NCBI GenBank assembly: GCA_049515895.1
Contig: JBEKTQ010000004.1
Coordinates: forward strand, 32,001-96,000
From: Candidatus Bathyarchaeia archaeon
GTDB lineage: Archaea > Thermoproteota > Bathyarchaeia > Bathyarchaeales > Bathycorpusculaceae
Length of the DNA: 64,000 nucleotides
Direction of reading: 5' to 3'
How positions within the stretch are numbered: the stretch's first letter is position 1; every line of letters begins with the position of its first letter. Below the pieces are notes generated by a model. The model was not told where the DNA came from, searched no databases, and saw only the letters and a program-made list of their open reading frames with translations. Both the position numbers and the translations under genes were made by a program. This document shows positions 36,684 to 46,850 of the stretch, piece by piece.

Positions 36684-37421
36684 TTGCTAAGGTGTACCGA
36701 AGTCTCAAAACGTTTTGGGGGACTTCAAGCATTAAAAAATATAGATTTGACAGTTAACAGCAACGAAATCGCTGGACTAGTCGGACCTAACGGCTCCGGC
36801 AAATCAACGCTTCTAAACCTTATCAGCGGCGTATACAAGCCTGACGCGGGAAAAATATTTTTCTTAAACGAAGACATTTCAAAGCTTCCTCCGTACAAGA
36901 TTTGCGCTAGGGGCATCACCAAAACCGCTCAAACCGTTCAATCATTTCCAGAAATGACCGCGGTTGAAAACGTGTTAACAAGCTTACTTTTCAATGAGAA
37001 AAAAACTGAGAAAAAAATTGATGTGAATTCAAAAGCAAAGGCGCTCTTGGAATTTGTTGACTTAAGTAAAGAGAAATTTGATGTTAAAGCAAAAAACCTC
37101 AATGTAGTCGAGTTAAGGCGCATTCAACTTGCCAAAGCTTTGGCAACCGCCCCTAAACTGCTTCTTTTGGATGAGCTACTTACTGGTTTAACTCCTGCAG
37201 AATGCGATGAAGCGACTGCACTGATTAAGCAGATCAACAAGCAAGGCGTGACAGTTCTTATCGTTGAACATGTTATGCGGGTAGTAATGGGGCTGTGTGA
37301 CCGCGTAGTTGTCTTGCATCATGGCGAGAAAATCTGCGAGGGAACGCCCGAACATGTGTGCAGCGATGAAAAAGTGGTGAAGGTTTACTTAGGCAAGAAG
37401 TTCCAGATAAGCGAGGAGTAA
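36684..37421 (+). CDS. livG: HAAT ABC ATPase LivG-like
   Basis: KRFGGLQA, GPNGSGKST, LLLLDE, IVEHVM, VYLG. Confidence 0.9.
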   Translation: MLRCTEVSKRFGGLQALKNIDLTVNSNEIAGLVGPNGSGKSTLLNLISGVYKPDAGKIFFLNEDISKLPPYKICARGITKTAQTVQSFPEMTAVENVLTSLLFNEKKTEKKIDVNSKAKALLEFVDLSKEKFDVKAKNLNVVELRRIQLAKALATAPKLLLLDELLTGLTPAECDEATALIKQINKQGVTVLIVEHVMRVVMGLCDRVVVLHHGEKICEGTPEHVCSDEKVVKVYLGKKFQISEE

Positions 37422-37423
37422 AA

Positions 37424-38128
37424 GTGTTAGAAACACAGAATTTGTCATCAGCATATGGAATGGTGCAAATACTGCACGACGTATCTTTCAAAGTTGAAGA
37501 AAAAGAGATTGTCAGCATCATTGGTCCTAACGGCGCCGGAAAAACAACTCTTGTAAAAACAATAATGGGTTTCATCCCTTCAAAGAATGGGACAATCAAG
37601 TTCAAAGGCGAAAACATTGGTAAATTACATCCATACGAGATAGTTAAGAAGGGAATCACAATGATTCCTGAGGGTAGAGAAATTTTTCCACGTATGACTG
37701 TTGAAGAAAACATGCGGTTGGGCGCTTATACAATGAAGGACAAAGATAAGATTAAGGAAACCATGGAGAAAGTCTTTCAGATTTTTCCTGTGCTGAAAAA
37801 GAAGGAAAAATCGTTGGCTCAAACGCTTAGTGGAGGGGAGCAGCAAATGCTTGTCATTTGTCGAAGTCTAATGTGTAATCCTCAAATGCTGATTTTGGAT
37901 GAACCTTCATTGGGATTGGCGCCAATCATCGTGGAGAAGGTGTTGGACACTATTCGAACTATCAACGATGAAGGCGTGACCATTTTGCTTGTTGAACAAA
38001 ACATTCAAGATTCATTGGACATTGCGGATAGAGGCTATGTTCTCGAGGAAGGAAGAATTGTTTTGGAAGGAAAAAGCAGGGAACTCTTATCCAATAATTA
38101 TATAAAACAAGTGTACTTGGGCCTTTGA
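37424..38128 (+). CDS. livF: HAAT ABC ATPase LivF-like
   Basis: GPNGAGKTT, PEGREIFP, LSGGEQQM, DEPSLGLAP, LLVEQN. Confidence 0.92.
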   Translation: MLETQNLSSAYGMVQILHDVSFKVEEKEIVSIIGPNGAGKTTLVKTIMGFIPSKNGTIKFKGENIGKLHPYEIVKKGITMIPEGREIFPRMTVEENMRLGAYTMKDKDKIKETMEKVFQIFPVLKKKEKSLAQTLSGGEQQMLVICRSLMCNPQMLILDEPSLGLAPIIVEKVLDTIRTINDEGVTILLVEQNIQDSLDIADRGYVLEEGRIVLEGKSRELLSNNYIKQVYLGL

Positions 38129-38176
38129 AAAAAGAGAATATAATTGACCAGCAGTTTCTTAAATGGAAAAAATCGT

Positions 38177-39184
38177 TTAGATCCAGCCTTTTCTTCGGAA
38201 AGCACCAATTAGGCTCAGCGCCAAACTGATCATTATCACAATCATTATGTAAAACCCATAACTGTAAGAGCTACCCGGCATTGAGAATCCGCTTCCAAAG
38301 TTTGTTCCGTATATGCCAGCTAACAGCGTGAGCGGGAGGAAAATGGCTGAGATGATTGTGAGCACCCTGACTATGTTGTTTGTTGTTAATGTTTGAGCGT
38401 TAATAAGGATGTTACCAATGTCTTGGATTTCTTCTCGGTGTGTATCTACAACTTCGCTTAGCGAGATTGTCCTATCGTAAAGATCTTCGAAACGCGGCAA
38501 CGTCGCACTTGAAACAATGGCGAATTCGCCTCTGGCTGTTTTCCCGACAAGTTCGCGAAGGGGTCCCATCGCTTTCCTAAGAGCTAAGACTTGCTCCCTT
38601 GACTTAGAAATTTCCAACCCCAGATTTCTGTTTGACTCCTTTGGTCTCTGGTTGAAACGACTTGCGGCTTCTTGGGTTAAACCCTGAAGTATTTCATGAA
38701 CCAAATCGGAAACCAGGAAAACCTCGTTTAAAATTAGATCCAAGGAAATGTACAACAGGATATCGGTGGATGGTGAGAGAGAAAGGGCAAAGTAGCCGTG
38801 AGTGCTGATTTTCTTGTAGATTTCGCTTGTGATGTTTGAATGACCCTTATGGACGGAAACCATCCATTTGTTACTTATGGCTAAGGCAATCCATTTTGCT
38901 TTTGCATTCGGGATAAACTGGTCGCTGCTAGGATAACTCACAAAACAGTAAACTCGGTCGACGACCTCTTCTATTTTTGACCGTCGTCCCGGCTCTTCAA
39001 ATTCCTTCATGTTAAAATTATCTAACCCGAAATGGCTTCTCAACTGCTCCATTTCAGCTTCAGAAGGGTCTTCAGCGTCAACCCAGATAATAGAATCCTC
39101 GCCGATTTTGAGGGGCACAGCCTCTAAATTGGTGGAGTGCCACTGACCGCCTTCGTTTTTCATAAGTTGTTTGATAGTTAACAT
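38177..39184 (-). CDS. corA: CorA-family divalent cation transporter
   Basis: WVDAEDP N-terminus, long helical stalk, VLTIISAIFLPLTLLAGIYGTNF, C-terminal TM ending RRKGWI. Confidence 0.85.
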   Translation of the reverse strand: MLTIKQLMKNEGGQWHSTNLEAVPLKIGEDSIIWVDAEDPSEAEMEQLRSHFGLDNFNMKEFEEPGRRSKIEEVVDRVYCFVSYPSSDQFIPNAKAKWIALAISNKWMVSVHKGHSNITSEIYKKISTHGYFALSLSPSTDILLYISLDLILNEVFLVSDLVHEILQGLTQEAASRFNQRPKESNRNLGLEISKSREQVLALRKAMGPLRELVGKTARGEFAIVSSATLPRFEDLYDRTISLSEVVDTHREEIQDIGNILINAQTLTTNNIVRVLTIISAIFLPLTLLAGIYGTNFGSGFSMPGSSYSYGFYIMIVIMISLALSLIGAFRRKGWI

Positions 39185-39310
39185 TTTGCCCTTCCGCTTT
39201 ATCTTTCATGTAACTTGTTTCTTAACATATTCTGTAACTGCTCGCTTATTTTAAGAAATTGCCGTGCGCCAACTATGATTATGCACATCTGGACAAGCAG
39301 TGTCGCTCAA

Positions 39311-39985
39311 TTAGCTTGGATGAGCGCTGTAAGTAGATGTTACATCTTCGTATCTGTTGTCTTCAAATGCATAGACCTTAACTGTTGATCCGATATACGC
39401 ACCCCAATCCCAGCTTAGATATCTATGTGGCGAATTCCAAACTTTGTCAGAGGGATCCACGTGAACCCATGTGCCGTTGTAGTAGTCTTCAGCCCAGACA
39501 TGTATGTAGGTCCAACCTTGAGTATCAACAGCCACGACAAGCCTGCTCTGGTATCCAAGCGCTAGGCAAGCTGAAACGTAAACGATGCTCCATTGCACGC
39601 AAATGCCTTCGCGGCTGTCCAGAATCTGGAATGGGTCTTCATAAAATCCTGTTGGGTTCGAAGCAAACGTTAGCTTGCTCCCTTCCCAACTGAAAAGTTC
39701 AGTTTGGTTATCGCCTGGATTAAGCAGAGTCAACATTTTGGCTTTAGTCTGGCTTGAGTTCAAACTCTTCATTACATCAAGGTAATGATTTGTGAAAGCC
39801 GTAAAAGCTGGGTCGGCGTTTGGCGGGTTTGCCTTGTTGTTTATTGAAGCCTTGTTATTTGCCGTGGACCAAAAATGCACAGACGCGAGCACAGTTCCAA
39901 CAATAAGCGCAACAGAAACGATGACTATCCAAGCTCTGGTTTGCCTGCGCTTTCTTGCCGGAGGAGCTTTCCTAACAGGAGTCAT
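39311..39985 (-). CDS. Membrane-anchored transglutaminase-fold protein (Cys-His-Asp triad), Png1/PNGase-like
   Basis: N-terminal basic stretch plus TM; GICVQWS, HVWAE, WVHVDPS; SD GGGGTGA before ATG 39985. Confidence 0.8.
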   Translation of the reverse strand: MTPVRKAPPARKRRQTRAWIVIVSVALIVGTVLASVHFWSTANNKASINNKANPPNADPAFTAFTNHYLDVMKSLNSSQTKAKMLTLLNPGDNQTELFSWEGSKLTFASNPTGFYEDPFQILDSREGICVQWSIVYVSACLALGYQSRLVVAVDTQGWTYIHVWAEDYYNGTWVHVDPSDKVWNSPHRYLSWDWGAYIGSTVKVYAFEDNRYEDVTSTYSAHPS

Positions 39986-40238
39986 AACGCTATAATTCAC
40001 CCCCTTCAAAGTAAAAAACTTGCCGTATTGAGCTTTAATTACTTCAAAATAGGCAAAGACACGAAGTCGAGGCTGGAAAGCATAAAGTGGTACATTGAGA
40101 ATCAGCGACCACTGAAAAGAATAATTAAATACCTGTGGAAAAGAAAAAATAATTTCTTGATAGAAGCGTCGGAATTAACTTGATGCGTTCTCTTTCTTAT
40201 TTTCTATCTCGAGAATTGGCAATAAGAATCTTGAGTTG

Positions 40239-40601
40239 TCACTTCTTAAAAGCTAATCCTGTGAAGAAAGCCACCATCTTCTCTCCGCTCTTAACTCTCA
40301 CTTGATACAAACCAGTGGTTTTTCCATCAGAAACCCGATCTGCCTCAGCCGTTAACACGTCTCCCTCAACCGACGGCTTCAAAAAGTTGATGCTTACCTG
40401 AACCGCGACTGCAACGTTTTCGCCGTAATTGCATGCATGTGCGAAGGCGTAGTCTGCCAGCGAGAAGATTGCACCGCCGTGCGTAAAGCCCAACGCGTTG
40501 GTGTGGTTTTTCTCAACTTTCATCGTTACTTTAGCATAGCCATCTTTGGCTTCAACCAGCTGAATTCCCAGTGCATCTGCAAAATGGTCTCTTCCTCTCA
40601 T
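40239..40601 (-). CDS. paaI: PaaI-family hotdog thioesterase
   Basis: HTNALGFTHGGAIFSLADYAF, INFLKP. Confidence 0.88.
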   Translation of the reverse strand: MRGRDHFADALGIQLVEAKDGYAKVTMKVEKNHTNALGFTHGGAIFSLADYAFAHACNYGENVAVAVQVSINFLKPSVEGDVLTAEADRVSDGKTTGLYQVRVKSGEKMVAFFTGLAFKK

Positions 40602-40791
40602 GATTGTTACCTTTAAACCGTGTTAGTATCGAATCACCATAAATAAGATTAACTGTGATAGAGCCGCTGTGTTATTTTTGGCGCACCCAGCTGATAGGCA
40701 ATAAGCCAACTGTAACATTGTGTCCTTGCATTAGATGGGAGCTAGTAATTTTAAATAAGGGCGGTACTAAACCGTTTGTTGATGATTACGT

Positions 40792-42492
40792 TTGCCTGAA
40801 AAAGTTTTGGTTACCTCCGCTTGGCCATACATCAATGTTACGCCTCACTTAGGCAACCTTGTAGGTTCAGTCCTTTCCGCCGACGTCACAGCACGCTACT
40901 ACAGACTAAAAGGCGACGACGTTATGATGGTCAGCGGTTCAGACACGCATGGCACACCCATAGAGGTGGAAGCCATAAAGCAAGGAATTAAACCGAAAGA
41001 GTTAACCGACCGCAACCACGCCCGAGTCGCTGAACTCTTCGGTCGATGGGAAGCCTCATTTGACAATTACACAAGCACAGAAAGCCCAATTCACAAGCAG
41101 TTCGTCCAGAAAACCCTGCTTGAAATCCAAAAAAACGGTTACATCTTCGAACAGGAAACCCAAATGCTTTACTGCGAACATGACCAGCGCTTCCTACCTG
41201 ACCGCTTCGTAGAAGGCAAATGCCCATACTGCGGCTGCGAAAAAGCACGCGGAGACCAATGCGACATGTGCGGCAGGCTGCTGGAACCAACCTTGCTGGT
41301 AGAGCCCTACTGCGTAATCTGCAAGAACAAGCCAACGGTTAAAACCACTCGTCACTGGTACATTGACCTTTCGAAACTTACTGAACCTCTAACAGATTAC
41401 CTGAAGGGCAACCGGCAACTTCCAAGTAACGTCAAAACATTCAGTTTAAACTGGATAAAAGAAGGCTTGAAACCCCGAGCCGTCACCCGCGATGTAGAAT
41501 GGGGGATACCGGCGCCGTTCCCTGGAGCGGAAGGCAAAACTATCTACGTTTGGGTTGATGCAGTGTTAGGCTACATTTCAGCAACAATCGAAGAGTGCCA
41601 ACGGCTAGGGCAGCCGGAGAAGTGGAGGGACTTCTGGTTGAACAAACAAGCCAAGACCCTATACTTCGTCGGAAAAGACAACATTCCCTTCCATACAATA
41701 ATCCTTCCCGCCCTCCTCTTGGCTTCAGGCGAAGATTACAATCTGCCATGGAACGTCTCCGCCACAGAATTCCTCCAGTTCAAAGGGCAAAAAGCCTCAA
41801 AAAGTCAACGTGTCGGCATTTGGATAGATGAAGCCTTGGACATGTTTCCTGCGGATTACTGGCGCTTTTTCCTCATCGCGACGAGACCCGAAAGCAAAGA
41901 CACAAACTTCACTTGGAGCGCCTTTATCGACAAAATCAACGCAGACTTAAACGATACTTTTGGCAACTTCATCCACCGAACCTTAAGCTTCATTGCCTCG
42001 AAATTCGATTCCGTAATTCCAGCACCAACAAAACTTGACAGAGACGACCAAGCTATACTGCAGGTAATCAAGGAAAAAGTAATAACTGCCGCTCAAGAAT
42101 TCGAAGCTTCGAAGCTTCAATCTGCAGCAAACACGCTAATCTCAATAAGTCGAATCGGAAACCAGTACCTCAATGACAAGGAGCCATGGAATCTGATGAA
42201 AACAGACAAGGAAAAAGCCGGAACCATCTTTTACGTTGCCGCTCAAGTAGTCAAAGCCGCCACAGTGGTTTCGTCGCCTTTCATCCCAGCCACTGCCGAG
42301 CAGCTTTGGCAAACGCTAAACTTGCCGGAAAACATTAATAAGAGCAGCTGGAGTGAAGCCTTAAACCCCATTGATGCGGGGCACAAGATAGCCAAGCCAA
42401 AACCTCTATTTCACAAAATAGAGGCTGACGAGTCAAAACTGGAAGAACAATTGTCCGAGGTCAGGAAGAATCTGGCGAATCAGCCAAAATAA
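40792..42492 (+). CDS. metG: Methionyl-tRNA synthetase
   Basis: AWPYIN..HLGN, SGSDTHGTP, Zn knuckle, GKDNIPFH, KASKS. Confidence 0.97.
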   Translation: MPEKVLVTSAWPYINVTPHLGNLVGSVLSADVTARYYRLKGDDVMMVSGSDTHGTPIEVEAIKQGIKPKELTDRNHARVAELFGRWEASFDNYTSTESPIHKQFVQKTLLEIQKNGYIFEQETQMLYCEHDQRFLPDRFVEGKCPYCGCEKARGDQCDMCGRLLEPTLLVEPYCVICKNKPTVKTTRHWYIDLSKLTEPLTDYLKGNRQLPSNVKTFSLNWIKEGLKPRAVTRDVEWGIPAPFPGAEGKTIYVWVDAVLGYISATIEECQRLGQPEKWRDFWLNKQAKTLYFVGKDNIPFHTIILPALLLASGEDYNLPWNVSATEFLQFKGQKASKSQRVGIWIDEALDMFPADYWRFFLIATRPESKDTNFTWSAFIDKINADLNDTFGNFIHRTLSFIASKFDSVIPAPTKLDRDDQAILQVIKEKVITAAQEFEASKLQSAANTLISISRIGNQYLNDKEPWNLMKTDKEKAGTIFYVAAQVVKAATVVSSPFIPATAEQLWQTLNLPENINKSSWSEALNPIDAGHKIAKPKPLFHKIEADESKLEEQLSEVRKNLANQPK

Positions 42493-42507
42493 CGCGGGGC
42501 TAAACTT

Positions 42508-43170
42508 ATGCAAATTAACGCTGACCTTCACGTTCATAGTAACTATTCAAAGGATTCGCTGATTACCCCAAAAGACCTCGTATACTACGCAAAGAAGCGG
42601 GGTTTGACCGCTGTTGCTGTAACAGACCATAACCAGATTGAGGGCAGCTGGAAAATTGCTAAAGAAGCGGACTTTCTGGTTATTCCGGGTATGGAAGTCT
42701 CAAGCGCAGACGGCCATATAGTCGCATTAAACCTCAAAGAGTTAATTCCAAAAGGTTTCAGCGCTCAGGAAACGGTTGACCGAATCCACAGGGCAGGCGG
42801 AATTGCAGTTGCAGTTCATCCTTACGCTTGGTTTAAAGGCAGCTTAACAAGCCATGTAAAAGATGCAAAATTTGACGCTGTCGAGACTTTGAATGCTTCT
42901 GCTTTCCCTTTTAACCGTTGCAAACGCAAGGCAGCTGAAGTAGCTCAGAAACTTGCCCTACCATGTGTAGGCGGAACCGATGCGCATTACGGCCCAACGA
43001 TTGGTTACGGTTGCACTGCTATTGATTCTGAACCGACTGTTGACGCAATAGTTAAGGCGATTGTAAATGGGAATTGTAAGCCTTTTGGGCAGCCTGTTCC
43101 TTTAACTTTTACTTTACAACGGCAGTTTAAGCTCATAAAACGCAAGATTTCTCGTGCTGACCGCAGATAG
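42508..43170 (+). CDS. PHP-domain metallohydrolase
   Basis: DLHVHS, VTDHN, GMEVS..GH, AVHP, GGTDAH. Confidence 0.9.
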   Translation: MQINADLHVHSNYSKDSLITPKDLVYYAKKRGLTAVAVTDHNQIEGSWKIAKEADFLVIPGMEVSSADGHIVALNLKELIPKGFSAQETVDRIHRAGGIAVAVHPYAWFKGSLTSHVKDAKFDAVETLNASAFPFNRCKRKAAEVAQKLALPCVGGTDAHYGPTIGYGCTAIDSEPTVDAIVKAIVNGNCKPFGQPVPLTFTLQRQFKLIKRKISRADRR

Positions 43171-43328
43171 TAAAGCAGGCAACTCTTTTTTCGATTTTCT
43201 CTTCCAGCTGATAATCTTTGATTTTCAGTTGAGCGAAAGAATCATGTTATAAGGAAGAAGTGGGGAACTTTTATCTAATAGTCAAATAAAAGAATGTAAT
43301 CTGAGGACTCTAAAAAGAGGCGCATTAG

Positions 43329-44648
43329 ATGGCAGACGGAACATACTGGAACAAAAGAGTTGAAACCATGCCTGCTCAAGAATTAAAGAAACGTCAGCTT
43401 GAAGAGCTGAAAAGGCTGGCAAAGCATTGTTATGAGAATAGTTCTTTTTACAAGAAAAGACTTGACAGCGTAGGATTAAAACCTGAAAGCATACATTCAC
43501 TTGACGATCTCACAAAGATTCCCTTCACAGTCAAGAGCGATTTGAAAGACAATTATCCTTTTGGGATGGTCGCCGCTAAATCTGACGAGATAGTGGAGAT
43601 TCATGCTTCAAGTGGAACAACTGGAAACCCCATAGTCGGAGCATACACTCAACATGACATTGATGTTTGGCAAGAACTTATGGCTAGGTCAATCTACGTA
43701 GCAGGCGGAAGACGCCAAGATACAATACACATCGCCTATGGCTACGGTTTGTTCACCGGCGGCTTCGGTTTTCATTACGGCGCTCAAAAAATTGGGGCGA
43801 AAATTGTTCCTGCAAGCGGCGGGATGACTCAACGTCAAATAAAGCTCATGAAAGATTTGGGCGTCACGATTCTGGCTTGCACCCCAAGCTTCGCGGTTTA
43901 TCTGGCTGAAACTATGGCTCAAGAAGGCGTTGACCCGAAGAAAGACCTTAAACTTAAAATTGGGATGTTTGGGGCAGAGCCTTGGTCCGACAAGATAAGG
44001 GAAAGAATAGAGAACGAGTTAGGCATTAATGCTTTTGACGTTTACGGGTTAACCGAGCTTTGTGGTCCAGGCGTTGCCATTGAATGCGCTGAGCATAAGG
44101 GACTTCACATTTGGGAAGACCATTTTATCGTGGAAACCATTGATTCTGACACAGGCGAGGTTTTGCCTGCCGGCGAGGAAGGAGAATTGGTCTTTACTGG
44201 CTTGACGAAAATGGGGCTTCCGATGCTTAGGTACCGGACCCGAGACATATCGAAGGTAGAAACGGAAAAATGCGCCTGCGGACGGACCCATGCCAGGATG
44301 ATGCGTGTTCAAGGTAGGTCAGATGACATGCTGATTATTCGTGGAGTAAACGTGTTCCCATCGCAAATCGAATACGCGGTAATGTGTTTCTCGGAGCTTG
44401 CCGCTCAATACGTGATTATTGTCGACAGACCAGGCGCCTTAGATACGTTTGTTGTTAAGGTTGAATTATCTGAGAAAGCAGCTAAAGATCCCAAAGTAGA
44501 TACGAACGCGTTGAAAAACAGCATTCAAAAGCAAATTCATATAGTAACGGGTATCTCCGCTGACGTTGAAATTGTGAAGCCGGGTGAGCTTCCGAGGACT
44601 GAGGGAAAAGCAAAAAGGGTTCTGGACTTACGCAAAGGCAAAATGTAA
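43329..44648 (+). CDS. paaK: Phenylacetate-CoA ligase family protein
   Basis: HASSGTTGNP, YGYGLFTGGFG, GAEPW, YGLTE..GPG, RYRTRD, GRSDDM..RGVNVFP. Confidence 0.93.
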   Translation: MADGTYWNKRVETMPAQELKKRQLEELKRLAKHCYENSSFYKKRLDSVGLKPESIHSLDDLTKIPFTVKSDLKDNYPFGMVAAKSDEIVEIHASSGTTGNPIVGAYTQHDIDVWQELMARSIYVAGGRRQDTIHIAYGYGLFTGGFGFHYGAQKIGAKIVPASGGMTQRQIKLMKDLGVTILACTPSFAVYLAETMAQEGVDPKKDLKLKIGMFGAEPWSDKIRERIENELGINAFDVYGLTELCGPGVAIECAEHKGLHIWEDHFIVETIDSDTGEVLPAGEEGELVFTGLTKMGLPMLRYRTRDISKVETEKCACGRTHARMMRVQGRSDDMLIIRGVNVFPSQIEYAVMCFSELAAQYVIIVDRPGALDTFVVKVELSEKAAKDPKVDTNALKNSIQKQIHIVTGISADVEIVKPGELPRTEGKAKRVLDLRKGKM

Positions 44649-44660
44649 AGGACTAAACCT

Positions 44661-46850
44661 ATGACTTCCAAAATTGCTGTAGATAAGCCGGGCGATTTTG
44701 CCTTGCTTAACGGCGATGAAGCAGTTGCTAGAGGCGCTGTTGAAGCCTCCGTCAAAGTAGCCGCTTCTTACCCCGGAACACCCGCTACCGAAATTTTGGA
44801 AACCCTAGCTGAAGTATCAAAAGAATTTGACATCTACGCAGAATGGAGCATAAACGAGATTGTTGCCACCGAGGTAGCTGCCGGCGCTTCGATGGCAGGT
44901 GTTCGCTCTATTGTTTCAATGAAACATGTTGGCCTAAACGTTGCCTCGGATGCGGCCATGACATTGGCATACACTGGAGTTGAGGGTGGACTGTTAATCG
45001 CTGTCTGTGATGACCCAGCTTTGCATAGCAGCCAAAACGAGCAGGACACAAGATATTTTGCGGTTCATTCGAAGTTGCCTTTGCTGGATGCGGGAAATCC
45101 GCAGGAAGCCTTGGATATGGCTAGAGAAGCGTTTGAATTAAGCGAAAGGCTGCATTTGCCAGTTATCTTGCGTTTGACGACAAGGGTTGCTCATGGGAAG
45201 GCTCGAGTGAGACTTGGTCGGTTGCATAAGTTGAGTCGAAAAGCTGATTTTGATAAACAAGGTTCAAAATGGGTAATGGTTCCGGCTAACGCAATTCGGC
45301 AGCACAGAGTCTTAGAAGTAAAGATGGCAGAAACAAAAACACTTGTTAATCATTCAAAGTTTAATGTGATTGAAGATAATGCGAGCGACATAGGAATTAT
45401 AGGAAGTGGAGTAGGTTACTATTATGCCCGTTCAGTGCTCGACACGAAAAAGTTTTCTTGGTTAAAGCTAGGTTTCGTTCATCCTTTTCCTCAGGAGATT
45501 GTTGAAAGATTTGCGCTCAAAGTAAAAAAACTCATAATAATTGAGGAGCTAAGGCCGTACATTGAAGAAAATATCCAGCGGTTAGGTCTGCAAGCCCTTG
45601 GAAAAAATCAGTTAGGCTTGGAGGAAATTGGCGAGTTAACGCCCGATAATGTACGCCAAGCCTTCGCAAGTTTAGGGTTAACAGCTAAAGCAGAGCCGCA
45701 GGAATCATTGAACTTGCAGCCAAGACCACCCAATCTTTGCCCAGGCTGTCCTCACAGAGCTTTTTATTATGCCCTAAACATGGTAAATCAGCATGTTAAC
45801 TGTGACAACGACAAATGCGTCGGCTGTGACATTTGCGAGTACGTTTGCTCTTTTGAGAAGGAGGGAGTTTTTAACCCGCTTAAGTCGCGTATCCGCTCGG
45901 TGAGGCTTGGTCAAGTTTTCAACACCGCGATAACATGCAAAGCCTGCATTGACGCCCCATGCATTACCGCTTGCCCGGAAAAAGCTCTGGCGCGGTCAAA
46001 TAAAAGCGGAGCTATCATGGTCGACCAAGAAAAATGCAAGGGCTGCCCATGGTGCATCGAAGCATGTGAGTTCGGCGCAGTTACGGTCAACTCGCGCACA
46101 CGTAAAGCCATAATATGCGACACATGCAGCGGGGAACCCAAATGCATTCCTTTTTGCCCCGAGGGAGCTTTGAGCTTATCTGGAAAATCAAACGACAAAA
46201 TCGTTACAGGCGACATCGGCTGCTACACGCTTGGTGTTTTGCCGCCTGTCAACACGGTTCAAACGTGCTTGTGTATGGGGGCTGGGATTTCCCAGGCTGC
46301 AGGAATGTTTCATGCTGGTGTAAAGGATAAGGTGTTCTCGGTTATCGGTGACTCGACGTTTTTCCACGCGGGTATGCCTGGGTTGATGAATATAGTGTAT
46401 AACAGGGCTAACGTATGCGTGGTCATCATGGATAATAGCACGGTTGCGATGACGGGGCATCAGCCTACGCCTGGCTCGGGAAAAACAGCGATGGGAGCGG
46501 ACGCTAAAATCCTGAAGCTGGTAGACGTTGCTAAGGGGCTTGGAATAGACAAAGTGGCGGTTGTTGACCCGTATGATATTGAAGGCACAATTTCATCTCT
46601 AAGGAAAATTATTGATTACGATGGTCCATCTGTCATCATTTCACAGAGACCCTGCCCCCTTTTGATTGAAAGAGGCAAGCCTAGGGAAACCACGGATAAG
46701 TGTAATGACTGCGAGGTTTGCACGAAAGCTTTCGGCTGCCCCGCCATCTACAAAGTAAACGGACAAGTTGAGATAGATTCATCGCTCTGCTACGGATGCG
46801 GCGTCTGCGAAGTCGTCTGCCCCTTTGAAGCGATTAGGAGGAAAGAATGA
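44661..46850 (+). CDS. iorA: Indolepyruvate:ferredoxin oxidoreductase alpha subunit with inserted polyferredoxin
   Basis: YPGTPATE, MKHVGLNVA, SQNEQD, CPGCPHR, GDIGCY, IGDSTFFH, DNSTVAMTGHQP, C-terminal 2x[4Fe-4S]. Confidence 0.93.
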   Translation: MTSKIAVDKPGDFALLNGDEAVARGAVEASVKVAASYPGTPATEILETLAEVSKEFDIYAEWSINEIVATEVAAGASMAGVRSIVSMKHVGLNVASDAAMTLAYTGVEGGLLIAVCDDPALHSSQNEQDTRYFAVHSKLPLLDAGNPQEALDMAREAFELSERLHLPVILRLTTRVAHGKARVRLGRLHKLSRKADFDKQGSKWVMVPANAIRQHRVLEVKMAETKTLVNHSKFNVIEDNASDIGIIGSGVGYYYARSVLDTKKFSWLKLGFVHPFPQEIVERFALKVKKLIIIEELRPYIEENIQRLGLQALGKNQLGLEEIGELTPDNVRQAFASLGLTAKAEPQESLNLQPRPPNLCPGCPHRAFYYALNMVNQHVNCDNDKCVGCDICEYVCSFEKEGVFNPLKSRIRSVRLGQVFNTAITCKACIDAPCITACPEKALARSNKSGAIMVDQEKCKGCPWCIEACEFGAVTVNSRTRKAIICDTCSGEPKCIPFCPEGALSLSGKSNDKIVTGDIGCYTLGVLPPVNTVQTCLCMGAGISQAAGMFHAGVKDKVFSVIGDSTFFHAGMPGLMNIVYNRANVCVVIMDNSTVAMTGHQPTPGSGKTAMGADAKILKLVDVAKGLGIDKVAVVDPYDIEGTISSLRKIIDYDGPSVIISQRPCPLLIERGKPRETTDKCNDCEVCTKAFGCPAIYKVNGQVEIDSSLCYGCGVCEVVCPFEAIRRKE

